This document shows positions 36,324 to 46,100 of a stretch of 64,000 nucleotides of DNA, piece after piece. Within the stretch, counting starts at the first letter, position 1, and each line of letters opens with the position of its first letter. A program made the translations under genes and the position numbers. Origin of the DNA: an uncultured Pirellulales bacterium (GTDB lineage: Bacteria; Planctomycetota; Phycisphaerae; Sedimentisphaerales; Anaerohalosphaeraceae). The stretch is from positions 100,078-164,077 of the forward strand of contig CAZVPF010000002.1 of the NCBI GenBank assembly GCA_964628195.1, written 5' to 3'. The notes beneath the pieces were generated by a model. It ran no database searches and was not told the DNA's origin. It saw only the letters and a list, made by a program, of their open reading frames with translations.

Positions 36324-38105
36324 ATGCTCCATTCTTTTAAAAGATTTAACAGTTTCGCAGAAGTTTCAAAAGCTCATTTAGCAGTTGTTTTTTTGCTGAA
36401 TTTTGCAGAAGCTTTTTTCGCTGTGTCAGGCCTTGCGTTGCTTTATCCTTTGATCCGTTTTCTGCAGGTTGGAAAAGAAACTTTTGTAAACGACATAGGC
36501 CAAAGCAGCCTCAAATACATCGAAAAGTTGTCTGATTTTTTGGGGATCGAAATCTCTCTCGGCTTTCTTGTAATTTGCGCGGTTTTGCCTTTGCTTTTAC
36601 AGCAGATGTTCAGGTTCCTGAAAGAATATGTTGCAATACAAATTCAAAATAATTCTGTATGCCGTATGCAAAGGAAACTTATTAACTCAATGTTCAGTGT
36701 CGATGTCGAGTTTTTCTCACGCACACAGCTTGGTGAGCTGGGCAATGCCGCGACAACCGCCACCTTCAGGGCCGGTCTCACGATACAGCAAATAATTAAT
36801 TACTTCAGCAGCATCCTGATTGGCACGGTTTATTTTATCGTAATGTTGGTTATATCATGGAAGCTTACGCTTGTTTCAGTTTTAATCATAGGGTTGATTC
36901 CTCTGCTTACAAATAGGCAGTCTCACGCAATAAGACAGAGGAGCAGGCTTGTCGAGTCAATAAACCGTGACCTCCATGCTTACCTTATTGACAGGCTGCG
37001 TTCTATTAAGAGGATGCTTCTTTCTAACATGTCAGATGTTGAAATGGATTATTTCTCCAGGATGGCACAGAAAAGAGAAAAGACGATTGTACACACCCTG
37101 ACCCTGATTTCTCTTATAAATAATACTCTTGAGCCTGCCATGATGGCTGTGGCCCTGGCGATTATTTTTGTTGGGGTTAAAGTAATTCATATTGAATATG
37201 CTGTCCTGTTCCTGTTTTTGTATATCGTGACTAAAACCAAGCCTGCGATAAACAGCGTTGTAAAGTCTAAAAACCAGGCATTAATATACATGAGAAGTTT
37301 TGATGTAGTTGAGGATGTTTACCGTAGGATTTCAAGCGCAACGACAATCAAAAATGGGACCAAAGAACTTAATAAACTTGAAAAGTATATTAAAATTGAC
37401 AAATTAACTTTTGCTTATGATAAAAAAGATCCGCTTTTTGATAACTTATCTGTTTCTTTTATGGCCGATCAAACGACAGCGCTTGTTGGAAGGTCCGGCT
37501 CCGGCAAAACAACGCTGCTCGACCTTATTCTACGTTTCCGCGAGCCGCAAAGCGGCAGTATAATGTTTGATGACACCGAACTTAAAGAAATCAAGCTGGA
37601 AAGCTTGCGAAGCAGAATTGGCATGCTCTCGCAGGATATTATGCTTTTCCACGGAACCATCATCGATAATATTACTTACGGGCTTAAAAATTTAACAGAA
37701 GATCAGGTACGAAATGCATGTCGTATGGCCCATGTTGATGACTTTGTTGAGCACCTCCAGGAAGGCTATGAAAGTCATATCGGTGAGTGTGGCGCTAAAC
37801 TGTCAGGCGGCCAAAAACAGAGACTGGCACTGGCGCATATTTTTCTGAAGAACCCTGAGATCATTATTCTTGATGAACCGACCAGCGCGCTGGACGGTGA
37901 AACTGAGTTAATCATCAAAAATGCAATTGATAAGATGAAAGGCACAAAAACTATTATTATCGTAGCGCATAGGTTATCGACAATAAGGAATTCTGATGAT
38001 ATTATTGTGCTCGATAGTGGCCGTGTTTTATCTCGGGGTACATTTGACAAATTGATGGAGGAAAGTGAAGAATTTCGCAAAATGGTGAAATACCAACAGA
38101 TATAG
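36324..38105 (+). CDS. ABC exporter, fused TMD-NBD (MsbA/PglK-like type I exporter)
   Basis: Six N-terminal TM helices, Walker A GRSGSGKTT, signature LSGGQKQR and Walker B IIILDEPTSALD. I prefer ATG 36324, directly after the ACP stop (36320-36322). Confidence 0.9.
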   Translation: MLHSFKRFNSFAEVSKAHLAVVFLLNFAEAFFAVSGLALLYPLIRFLQVGKETFVNDIGQSSLKYIEKLSDFLGIEISLGFLVICAVLPLLLQQMFRFLKEYVAIQIQNNSVCRMQRKLINSMFSVDVEFFSRTQLGELGNAATTATFRAGLTIQQIINYFSSILIGTVYFIVMLVISWKLTLVSVLIIGLIPLLTNRQSHAIRQRSRLVESINRDLHAYLIDRLRSIKRMLLSNMSDVEMDYFSRMAQKREKTIVHTLTLISLINNTLEPAMMAVALAIIFVGVKVIHIEYAVLFLFLYIVTKTKPAINSVVKSKNQALIYMRSFDVVEDVYRRISSATTIKNGTKELNKLEKYIKIDKLTFAYDKKDPLFDNLSVSFMADQTTALVGRSGSGKTTLLDLILRFREPQSGSIMFDDTELKEIKLESLRSRIGMLSQDIMLFHGTIIDNITYGLKNLTEDQVRNACRMAHVDDFVEHLQEGYESHIGECGAKLSGGQKQRLALAHIFLKNPEIIILDEPTSALDGETELIIKNAIDKMKGTKTIIIVAHRLSTIRNSDDIIVLDSGRVLSRGTFDKLMEESEEFRKMVKYQQI

Positions 38106-38137
38106 TTGTCTTAAACAAAACTATGCATCAGTGATAC

Positions 38138-39064
38138 ATGGAAAATGATAAGAATAAAAATCCGCTTGTTTCTGTAGTCATACCGACTAAGAACAGAGCT
38201 AAGCTTCTTGAACGTGCAATTAAGAGCGTTCTTGTTCAGGGCATTGATGACTATGAAATAATTGTAGTTATAGACGGGGCTATGGACGAAACAGAGCAGA
38301 TAGTTAATGCATTTAATGATAAAAGGATAATTGTTTACAGACATGAAATTTCTAAAGGTGCTTCAGCCGCACGTAATACTGCAATGAGACATAGTCGTGG
38401 CAAATATATAGCATTTCTGGACGATGACGACGAATGGACACCAGATAAACTTGAAGTACAGTTGCCTGTCATTCAAAACTCGGGTGAAACAGTGGGGTTG
38501 GTATATGCCTGGATGGAATATGTTCAGGACGGCAAAATAACGGGGATACGCGCTCCGGAATTAAAGGGTGATGTCTTCGTGGAAATGCTCGATAAACAGG
38601 CCATAGGCGGCTGTCCGACAATTATTATAAAACGCTCTGTAATGGAAAAAGTGGGCTGCTTCGATGAGAATCTGCCTCGCGGAAACGATGGGGACTACTG
38701 GCGTAGGATATGCAGAAACTACAATGTAGATTATGTGCCTAAAGTATTAGCGAAAGTGTATATTGGCCACCAAGACAGAATAAGTACTAGGAAAACGCCG
38801 GAAAATATTGACGACGGGATACGAAGTAAAATGCATCGAATGAACATTTTCCGAGATGATTTTAAGAGACACTCTAAGCCATGCGCGAAGTTGTATGCAC
38901 GAATTTCCTATGACTATCTGTGCCGATTTTCTTTGTCTCGAAAATATTATGATTTTCTGAAATATTTGAAGTATAGTTTTTTTTCTTTTTTTCGTGCTCC
39001 TCTCAGTTTCTTCTGGTTCCGTTCTTGTCTTCGGTTTTTTTGCACAAAAAATACAAGGAAATAA
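38138..39064 (+). CDS. GT2 family glycosyltransferase
   Basis: VSVVIPTKNRAKLLERAIKSVLVQ...IIVVIDGAMDET...IAFLDDDDEW. Confidence 0.85.
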   Translation: MENDKNKNPLVSVVIPTKNRAKLLERAIKSVLVQGIDDYEIIVVIDGAMDETEQIVNAFNDKRIIVYRHEISKGASAARNTAMRHSRGKYIAFLDDDDEWTPDKLEVQLPVIQNSGETVGLVYAWMEYVQDGKITGIRAPELKGDVFVEMLDKQAIGGCPTIIIKRSVMEKVGCFDENLPRGNDGDYWRRICRNYNVDYVPKVLAKVYIGHQDRISTRKTPENIDDGIRSKMHRMNIFRDDFKRHSKPCAKLYARISYDYLCRFSLSRKYYDFLKYLKYSFFSFFRAPLSFFWFRSCLRFFCTKNTRK

Positions 39065-39069
39065 ATTAG

Positions 39070-40911
39070 ATGAATAAGACCGATAAAAGCCAGCCTGTTT
39101 TTATTTTTGGCTGTCCTAGGTCGGGCACTACTTTGCTTAGACTGATGCTGACCAGTCACTCCACAGTCTGTATACCCAGCGAAAGTGATTTTTGTATTAA
39201 GATGTTCAGCAAGTGGGGACAACTTATAATAACCGGACAACCGCAGTTGAGGGCGTTTTTAAATGAACTTTATTTAAATGACAAATTTAAAGAATGGGGT
39301 ATAAAAAGAGATGAGTTGCACGATTACCTTATAAAATTATTACCGCTGAATTATGCAAAATGTGTTGAGCAAATATACGTCTGCTATATGAAAAGCAAAG
39401 ACAAAAATGGCATCTGGGGGGACAAAAATCCGGGATACGTATATTCGGTCGATGTTATTTTAAAGCTTTTTCCGCAAGCCAAGTTAATTCATGTTGTACG
39501 GGACGGGCGGGCAGTATTCTTGTCAAATATGCAGGCTAACGCAGCTAAAGGCAGGCATGGACTCAAGGCTGTATTTCCATGTGATGCCTATGGAAGTGCA
39601 TTTAATTGGATTAGGGCTCTTCATGCTGCAAGGAAATTTATATCGTATGAGAATTTTAAAGAAATAAAATATGAGACACTGCTCGAACAACCAAAAGTGA
39701 CTCTTGAAAATTTATGCAGTTTTTTGGGGATTGAATTTGAGGATGCGATGCTCAAATATCATTACAGAAATAAGTCGCAACAGCTTGTTCCGCAACACAG
39801 GTCGGCATGGCACAAAAACACTTTCAAAGAAATTGATTCTACTAGGATAGATGCTTGGAAAAAAAGCCTCAAATCAAAAGACATTTATTTGTTTGAGCTT
39901 TTGGCAGGTAGGTATTTAAGAAAAAACGGGTACAATTGTAAGTTTTCTTTTAATCATCTATTCCAATTCAGGCCAATATTTTTCCGTCACCTTCTGAGGC
40001 TCTTTTATTTGAGTGCCCCATTACCTGAAGGATTTAAACAAAAAATTAAGGTCTTGCGCCATTGGTACTTCTGGCGCAAAGAGATTTCCATAAGAAGCAT
40101 TCGTGAATTTTTTGCAAGATATGGCGGAAATAAAAAACGTTTACCGGGCAATAAGGAACTGATTGTTTTTATGATAGGAATGCCCCGCACCGGAACAAGT
40201 TTAATGAAGAATTTCTTTGGAGACCATAAAGGTCTTGAGATTCAACCTTTTCAAAAAGATGGTTTTTTTGTGTCATGGGAAAAAACAAATAACTCCAATT
40301 CTATATTGATCGACAAGTCAACTCATTATATTCGAAACTTAAACTTGATCCGATCAGCAACTGGTGTCAATGCGGCATTTTGTTGTATTGTAAGAGATCC
40401 TCGTGACCAGCTTATAAGCCTTTTTGAATTTGACCGACATCCTGAGTTGCCAAGAACTAAACTGTTCTGGAATAAATGGGCTAAGCAATATTTAGGTTTT
40501 ATTGAATTTGCAAAAAAACATAGTAACATAAAATGCTTCTTGATCCGATATGAAGACCTTGTGAGCTACCCAGTCGAAAGTAAAAGAACCTTTCTAAAAT
40601 GGATTGGGGTTTTCGAAGGAAATGAAAATATTGAATCAAAATATGAAATTGCTGTTTTAAATGACAGGCAGGATCCTAAAGTGGCTCAACAGTCCTCTGT
40701 AAATAAATCTTCAATCGGCCGTTATAAGGCCACTAAATGCCCGGATCAGTTAGCTATGGTCAATGCGTTTCAGTACAACTCAAAAGCGAAAAAATTAATG
40801 AATCTTTTTGGCTATTCCGACAATGGTCTCGCCGATATAAAAATTATCGGAATACCTAATTTGTTTGTTTTTGAACCTAACTTAAAACCTTCAGAAAAAA
40901 ACGTAACTTAA
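39070..40911 (+). CDS. tandem di-domain sulfotransferase
   Basis: Two complete PAPS-binding motif sets. Domain 1: VFIFGCPRSGTTLLRLM plus IHVVRDGRAVFLS. Domain 2: VFMIGMPRTGTSLMKNF plus CCIVRDPRDQLISL. Confidence 0.75.
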   Translation: MNKTDKSQPVFIFGCPRSGTTLLRLMLTSHSTVCIPSESDFCIKMFSKWGQLIITGQPQLRAFLNELYLNDKFKEWGIKRDELHDYLIKLLPLNYAKCVEQIYVCYMKSKDKNGIWGDKNPGYVYSVDVILKLFPQAKLIHVVRDGRAVFLSNMQANAAKGRHGLKAVFPCDAYGSAFNWIRALHAARKFISYENFKEIKYETLLEQPKVTLENLCSFLGIEFEDAMLKYHYRNKSQQLVPQHRSAWHKNTFKEIDSTRIDAWKKSLKSKDIYLFELLAGRYLRKNGYNCKFSFNHLFQFRPIFFRHLLRLFYLSAPLPEGFKQKIKVLRHWYFWRKEISIRSIREFFARYGGNKKRLPGNKELIVFMIGMPRTGTSLMKNFFGDHKGLEIQPFQKDGFFVSWEKTNNSNSILIDKSTHYIRNLNLIRSATGVNAAFCCIVRDPRDQLISLFEFDRHPELPRTKLFWNKWAKQYLGFIEFAKKHSNIKCFLIRYEDLVSYPVESKRTFLKWIGVFEGNENIESKYEIAVLNDRQDPKVAQQSSVNKSSIGRYKATKCPDQLAMVNAFQYNSKAKKLMNLFGYSDNGLADIKIIGIPNLFVFEPNLKPSEKNVT

Positions 40912-41900
40912 TGCAAAAAACTGAAGTCTCTGTAATAATTACAACACACAACAGGCCAAAATTGTTAAAACGCGCAATAGATTCAGTTCTTGCACAAACT
41001 TACAGGTATTTCCTGTTATACATAATTGACGACGCGTCGAATGATGAAACTCGTAAATTGGTAAGTGAATATTTTGATAAATGCACAAGGGTCAATTACA
41101 TTAGGCTTGAACAAAATCAGGGTCTTGCTAAGGCTAGGAACAAGGGATTAGAAATTTCTGAAGGGCAATTCATCGCCTTTCTGGACGACGATGACTGGTG
41201 GAAGCCTCAGTGCCTTGAAAAACGAATGAATATACTCAACTCGCTTCCCGGGCGGGAACTAAAACGACTTGGCGTTGTCTACTGCGGCTGTGAGATCCAA
41301 CTAACTGATTCGGGCGAAATTACATATAATATGCCTCAGATCATTGGAAGTATTCGTGAAAATATCATCGCTAAGGACATATCGACAATCCCTTCCTCGT
41401 GCTTATTCTCCCGAGAGGCTCTTGAAAAAGCAGGCTTGTTTGACGAAAGCCTCGTCTCATCGATCGACCATGATATCTGGATGTCACTCGCGAAACAGGG
41501 TTTCAACGCTTATGCGGTAAATGAACCTCATGTCGTTACTTATGAATCGACAAAACGAAATGCGATGATGACCGATACAGAAAAACGCATAAGAGGTGTC
41601 GAACAATACCTTGAGAAGTGGAGTCCGGTTTATAGAGAATGGCTGGGCGATGCAAGTAGCTCAAAGTATATAAAAAAATATCGTAGAAGGGTCCTTGTCC
41701 GCATGGCTGCAACAAAGATACTCTCAGGTAAACCACGCGAAGTTAGGGCAATATTCAGGCACATTCTTTCAAAAGGGCACAACTTCATATTCGAAGCACT
41801 TTATGTTTCGCGGCTTATTTTTCTTCAAAAGATTAAAATGGTTTGCCCAAAGTGGTTTGCAAGATGGGTCAGGAAAAAGAAAAAATTGGAAATAGTTTGA
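40911..41900 (+). CDS. GT2 family glycosyltransferase
   Basis: VSVIITTHNRPKLLKRAIDSVLAQ...IIDDASNDET...IAFLDDDDWW. TAATG overlap with the upstream gene. Confidence 0.85.
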   Translation: MQKTEVSVIITTHNRPKLLKRAIDSVLAQTYRYFLLYIIDDASNDETRKLVSEYFDKCTRVNYIRLEQNQGLAKARNKGLEISEGQFIAFLDDDDWWKPQCLEKRMNILNSLPGRELKRLGVVYCGCEIQLTDSGEITYNMPQIIGSIRENIIAKDISTIPSSCLFSREALEKAGLFDESLVSSIDHDIWMSLAKQGFNAYAVNEPHVVTYESTKRNAMMTDTEKRIRGVEQYLEKWSPVYREWLGDASSSKYIKKYRRRVLVRMAATKILSGKPREVRAIFRHILSKGHNFIFEALYVSRLIFLQKIKMVCPKWFARWVRKKKKLEIV

Positions 41901-43234
41901 TGCAACAGCCAAAAGTTGGCAGTATGGCAATTTCAAAACAAAGTGTGTCGGACCATCCCGCCATTGATTACGCTATGGTGACACTGCTTGTTTGTATTTC
42001 CGGAAACAATCTGCTCTCTTCGATTACAAACATTCGAATTTTATTGATTTCAACACTTCTATCTTTTTGCGGTGTTTTATGCTTAAGGCAAGTCTTTTGC
42101 GTTTCAAAAAGACTCATAGTGGTTATGGTTGGATTCGGGATTTTGTTTCTTTTCCATTGGTATCAGTTTAACTTTCTGCCAATTCAAACAATTTGCGGCT
42201 TTTATGTTAAGTTGCTGATAGCTTTCATCGGCTGTTGTATAATAAAAGATTTTTGTAGAAAGCTTATAGATGTTTTTTTCTGCATTTGCATAGTCAGCCT
42301 GATATTTTTCTTTGGTGAGCAGTTATTTAACCTTTTTAACGTAGATCTTCGTGCTGTGTTTCAACCCGTTGCTGACTTTCTGGGGTCAGAAAGAGGATTA
42401 CATATTGGTATATACAATTTTTTTGCAGTCCGCCGAAACAGCGGCATATTCTGGGAACCGGGTGGATTTTCAGGATATCTGTTAATAAGTCTTATTCTAT
42501 TAAGTTTTGAAAAGGAGAGATACAACTCAAAAGGATTTTGGATTAGATTTTGGGTCCTGTTTACCGGGGTTCTTACAACTTATTCAACTACAGGATATAT
42601 TGTTTTGCCTTTCCTGGTCTTTCTTTATTACCAATTCCATGAAAATAAAGGGACTAAGAAAAATGCCTTTATCAATTTCTCAAAATTGCTTTTTTTGTGC
42701 ATATTGTTAGAGTCAGCTTTTTTTATTTCTTATTATCTTACATTTAATGAACCAGGTGACCCTGCATATAATACTGGAAAATATCATAAAGTGCATGGCG
42801 ACTTTGTGTTTGAGAAGATCAAACGGCAGTATAACTATGCTAAGAATACACAGAGGTCTTTAAAGCATCAAAGCCGTTTTGATGATATTATTGATGATTT
42901 AAGTTATATTGAACAGCGCCCATTCACCGGCTGGGGCATTCATAAAAAGACAAGATACCGGTTGCATCCAACAAATGTTTATGAAAGCGGTCATGGTTGT
43001 GGGTTAACCGATTTTTGGTGTAAATTCGGCATTTGGGGCATGACCATCCTGGTAATTTGCATGCTGGTTAGCTTTTTAAAGATATCGAATTGGTCTTATT
43101 TTACAGCTTGTTTTAGTGTATTTTTGATACTTTTGATTTCCGCAGGTGAAAATTTCATCCGGTTTCCTCTATATTATTCCTTATTCTTTTTAGGAATTTC
43201 GATTAGAAAATTCGAAAAAAAAAGTTTTGAATAA
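41900..43234 (+). CDS. O-antigen polymerase/ligase-family (Wzy-like) membrane protein
   Basis: 10 or more TM helices plus a Wzy_C-like loop, RRNSGIFWEPGGFSGYLLISL. ATG 41900 overlaps the upstream TGA (ATGA); the ORF-track start 41843 lies inside the upstream gene. Confidence 0.7.
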   Translation: MQQPKVGSMAISKQSVSDHPAIDYAMVTLLVCISGNNLLSSITNIRILLISTLLSFCGVLCLRQVFCVSKRLIVVMVGFGILFLFHWYQFNFLPIQTICGFYVKLLIAFIGCCIIKDFCRKLIDVFFCICIVSLIFFFGEQLFNLFNVDLRAVFQPVADFLGSERGLHIGIYNFFAVRRNSGIFWEPGGFSGYLLISLILLSFEKERYNSKGFWIRFWVLFTGVLTTYSTTGYIVLPFLVFLYYQFHENKGTKKNAFINFSKLLFLCILLESAFFISYYLTFNEPGDPAYNTGKYHKVHGDFVFEKIKRQYNYAKNTQRSLKHQSRFDDIIDDLSYIEQRPFTGWGIHKKTRYRLHPTNVYESGHGCGLTDFWCKFGIWGMTILVICMLVSFLKISNWSYFTACFSVFLILLISAGENFIRFPLYYSLFFLGISIRKFEKKSFE

Positions 43235-44102
43235 CAGGTTAATTACAAACATAGCTGTTCTTATGACTTGCCATAACCGCAGGAAGTTGACTGTTGAATG
43301 TCTGCAGAGGCTTTTTTCTCAGGACTGTATTAGGGATATCAACCTCAATGTTTATCTTGTAGACGCTGGAAGTACCGATGGAACCGTTGAGGCGATTCGG
43401 CAAAAATTCCCTGATGTAAAAGTGATTGAAAAAGACGATAAACTTTACTGGTGCGGCGGTATGCGGGTCGCTTTTGAGCATGCCTGTAAAGGTAATTATG
43501 ATTATTATTTATGGCTCAACGATGACTCCATGTTGTATGTAAACGCATTAGGACAAATGTTGACAACAGCAAGAAATACGGAACCAGAATTAACCGCAGG
43601 CCCAATTGTCGTTGGTTGTTTATGCGATCCGGTAACAGGTCAATATACCTATGGGGGCCATGTCAGACCCAACCCCCAAAAACCGGTCAAATTCGAGCCT
43701 GTAATACCGAACGGATGCTCACAAAAGTGTGACACTATAAATGGCAATTGCGTGCTTGTCCCGAGACATGCGATAAATATTTTAGGCAACCTTAGTTCGA
43801 AATTCTCACACAGAATGGGCGATACGGATTATGGGTTGCGGGCGATATCAAAGGGAATTGATATATTTACAACGCCGGAATATATCGGTACCTGTCCGCA
43901 AAACCCACCCGCTGAGTGGCTCGATCCTGAAGTTCCGATTTCAAAACGTTTAAAATTATTACGCCATCCCAAGGGACCAAATCCTCAAGAGTGGGCGGTT
44001 TTTACGAAGAGGCATGTCGGATGGAAATGGCCTTTTTATGTAATTAGTCTCTATTGCAGGATAATATTTCCCAACTTGCGCAAATCGGATAAAGACAAAT
44101 AA
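43227..44102 (+). CDS. GT2 family glycosyltransferase (rhamnosyltransferase-like)
   Basis: IAVLMTCHNRRKLTVECLQRL...VYLVDAGSTDGT...LWLNDDS. TTG start, 8 nt overlapping the Wzy-like gene. Confidence 0.75.
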   Translation: MNNRLITNIAVLMTCHNRRKLTVECLQRLFSQDCIRDINLNVYLVDAGSTDGTVEAIRQKFPDVKVIEKDDKLYWCGGMRVAFEHACKGNYDYYLWLNDDSMLYVNALGQMLTTARNTEPELTAGPIVVGCLCDPVTGQYTYGGHVRPNPQKPVKFEPVIPNGCSQKCDTINGNCVLVPRHAINILGNLSSKFSHRMGDTDYGLRAISKGIDIFTTPEYIGTCPQNPPAEWLDPEVPISKRLKLLRHPKGPNPQEWAVFTKRHVGWKWPFYVISLYCRIIFPNLRKSDKDK

Positions 44103-44103
44103 A

Positions 44104-45261
44104 ATGTCGGCTGACCGGAATAATTTGAGCAATACGAAAATAGCGGTTTTTTATACGCATCTTGGCCCTTATCATTCTGCGAGGTTAAACGCTTTAAACA
44201 AAATCTTCCCAAGAACTTGTGCTGTTGAAATCGCGTCCGGTGAAAAGATATACCCTTGGAAATATGATAGATCACTATACTCATTTAAGAGAAAAATCCT
44301 TTTTCCTGAAGATTCAATCGACGATGTTCCTGTAAAAGCTCAGTGTGAATCTGTGCAGGTTTTCCTTGATGAATTCAATCCGGATTTTATAGCGGTCGCA
44401 GGCTATGGGGAGCCTTCTATGCGCGCCGCCGCTGCCTGGGCAAGAAAAAATAATGTGCCGGTCATTCTTCTTTTCGCATCAACAATGAAGGGAAACCGCC
44501 GCCCTTTTTTAAAAGAAATAATAAAAAGATTCTGGATAAGACAATATTCAGCTGTCGCTGCTTTGGGAACCGCCGCTGAAGAGTACGCCCTTGCTCTGGG
44601 GGTTCCAAAGCATAAGATTTATAAGATCGGCAACGTGGTTGATAACCAATACTTCACCGGCACTGTGGAAAAGTTGAAAAATAAAGCTAATGAAATCAGA
44701 AGCCAATACGGCCTTCCAAAAAAATTCTTTGTGTGTGTATCAAGGTTTTCCGAAGAGAAAAATCTCTTTGGTCTTTTGGATGCCTTTGTTTTATACCGCC
44801 GTTCTGGTGGTGAATGGGACCTTGTACTGGTTGGCGGCGGACCCCTGCAGTCGGACATTCAAAAACACATCTCTGACAACAACATCAAAGGTGTTCATCT
44901 TTTCGGGTGGCATTCATATGATGAACTGCCGATTTTCTACATGCTCGGTTCCGGACTCATTCTTCCGAGTTTCAGGGAAACATGGGGGCTGGTTGTCAAC
45001 GAGGCTATGGCATGCGGCCTGCCGGTACTTGTAAGCAGAAACTGCGGCTGTGAGCCTGACCTCTGCCGTGAAGGTGTCAACGGTTATTCATTTGAACCTG
45101 AAAATTTAGAGGAAATTAAAAACACAATGCTAAAAATTTACAATTTGGAAATAAGTAATTCCGCCCGGCAAAGCCAAAGGATTATTTCCAATTTCACTCC
45201 GGAAACATGGGCGGATAAAATAAAAAAAATAATAGCAGATTTTTATGCACTTAAAAAATAA
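44104..45261 (+). CDS. GT4 (GT-B fold) glycosyltransferase
   Basis: C-terminal motifs SRFSEEKNLFGLLDAF...LVLVGGGP...ILPSFRETWGLVVNEAMACGLPVLVS (E-x7-E type). Confidence 0.85.
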   Translation: MSADRNNLSNTKIAVFYTHLGPYHSARLNALNKIFPRTCAVEIASGEKIYPWKYDRSLYSFKRKILFPEDSIDDVPVKAQCESVQVFLDEFNPDFIAVAGYGEPSMRAAAAWARKNNVPVILLFASTMKGNRRPFLKEIIKRFWIRQYSAVAALGTAAEEYALALGVPKHKIYKIGNVVDNQYFTGTVEKLKNKANEIRSQYGLPKKFFVCVSRFSEEKNLFGLLDAFVLYRRSGGEWDLVLVGGGPLQSDIQKHISDNNIKGVHLFGWHSYDELPIFYMLGSGLILPSFRETWGLVVNEAMACGLPVLVSRNCGCEPDLCREGVNGYSFEPENLEEIKNTMLKIYNLEISNSARQSQRIISNFTPETWADKIKKIIADFYALKK

Positions 45262-46078
45262 AACAGAAGAGCTTAATGAAATGGATCAGTATTTTTCGGG
45301 AAAAAAACTTTACGGAAATGATTTTGATTCTGAGCAAATAAAGCAATGGTTCAATGACGAAAAAGAAGCATACTCAAGTCTTGGGAAAGGCACAAAATCC
45401 AATGGAGGGTATGGATATCACCTCTTAAATCAACAAACTTTGCTGAAACATCTGCCGGATAAACATTTTGACCGTGTTCTCGGCTTCGGCAGCGCCCATG
45501 GGCAGGAGTTTGTTCCCATACTGGACAAAATAGGACATTTGACAATACTTGAACCTTCTGAAAAGTTTATTAGGAATCATATCGGCAACGTCCCTGTCGA
45601 ATATCACCAGCCGAGTGCAGATGGAACTTTTGAGTATGAAGAAAACACCTTTGACTTGATACTGTGTATTAGTGTCCTTCATCATATTCCAAATGTGAGT
45701 ACAATAATTAAAGAGTTTGCAAGGTGCTGCAGGCCCGGCGGATATGTGCTGATAAGAGAACCCATCACCTCAATGGGTGACTGGAGAAAGCCGCGAAGCG
45801 GACTCACAAAACATGAAAGAGGTATACCCCTGAATATACTTGAGCGAATGATATTGGATTGCGGCTTAAGAATTATAAACAGGCAAAAGTGCATGTTTTC
45901 ACTGACCAGCCGCTGGAGGTACCTGACCAAAAACGCACCTTACAACTCAGGCATTGCAATGTTTTTTGATCGCATACTATGCGCTGCCTTTTGCTGGAAC
46001 TCTGTTTATCATGCAAAAACCCCTTTTCAAAAATTCCGACCTACCTCGGCCTCTTATGTACTGCAGAAACCATCATAA
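45245..46078 (+). CDS. class I SAM-dependent methyltransferase
   Basis: RVLGFGSAHGQE motif I variant, FDLILCISVLHHIPN and GGYVLIREP. The start is either 45245 (17-nt overlap) or ATG 45281. Confidence 0.7.
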   Translation: MHLKNKTEELNEMDQYFSGKKLYGNDFDSEQIKQWFNDEKEAYSSLGKGTKSNGGYGYHLLNQQTLLKHLPDKHFDRVLGFGSAHGQEFVPILDKIGHLTILEPSEKFIRNHIGNVPVEYHQPSADGTFEYEENTFDLILCISVLHHIPNVSTIIKEFARCCRPGGYVLIREPITSMGDWRKPRSGLTKHERGIPLNILERMILDCGLRIINRQKCMFSLTSRWRYLTKNAPYNSGIAMFFDRILCAAFCWNSVYHAKTPFQKFRPTSASYVLQKPS

Positions 46079-46100
46079 GAACTAAATTGTTGGAGTATTT

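Noticed and set aside
17696-38105. RiPP or lasso-peptide-like cluster, suggested by an AsnB homologue, B12-rSAM, SPASM rSAM enzymes, methyltransferases and an ABC exporter
   Set aside because: Intergenic gaps are 50 nt or shorter, so there is no room for a precursor-peptide ORF. I recognised no leader peptidase or PqqD/RRE-like protein, and the ABC exporter has no peptidase domain. The genes are interleaved with NeuB synthases, cytidylyltransferases, sulfotransferases and glycosyltransferases, so a glycan-tailoring role is far more parsimonious.
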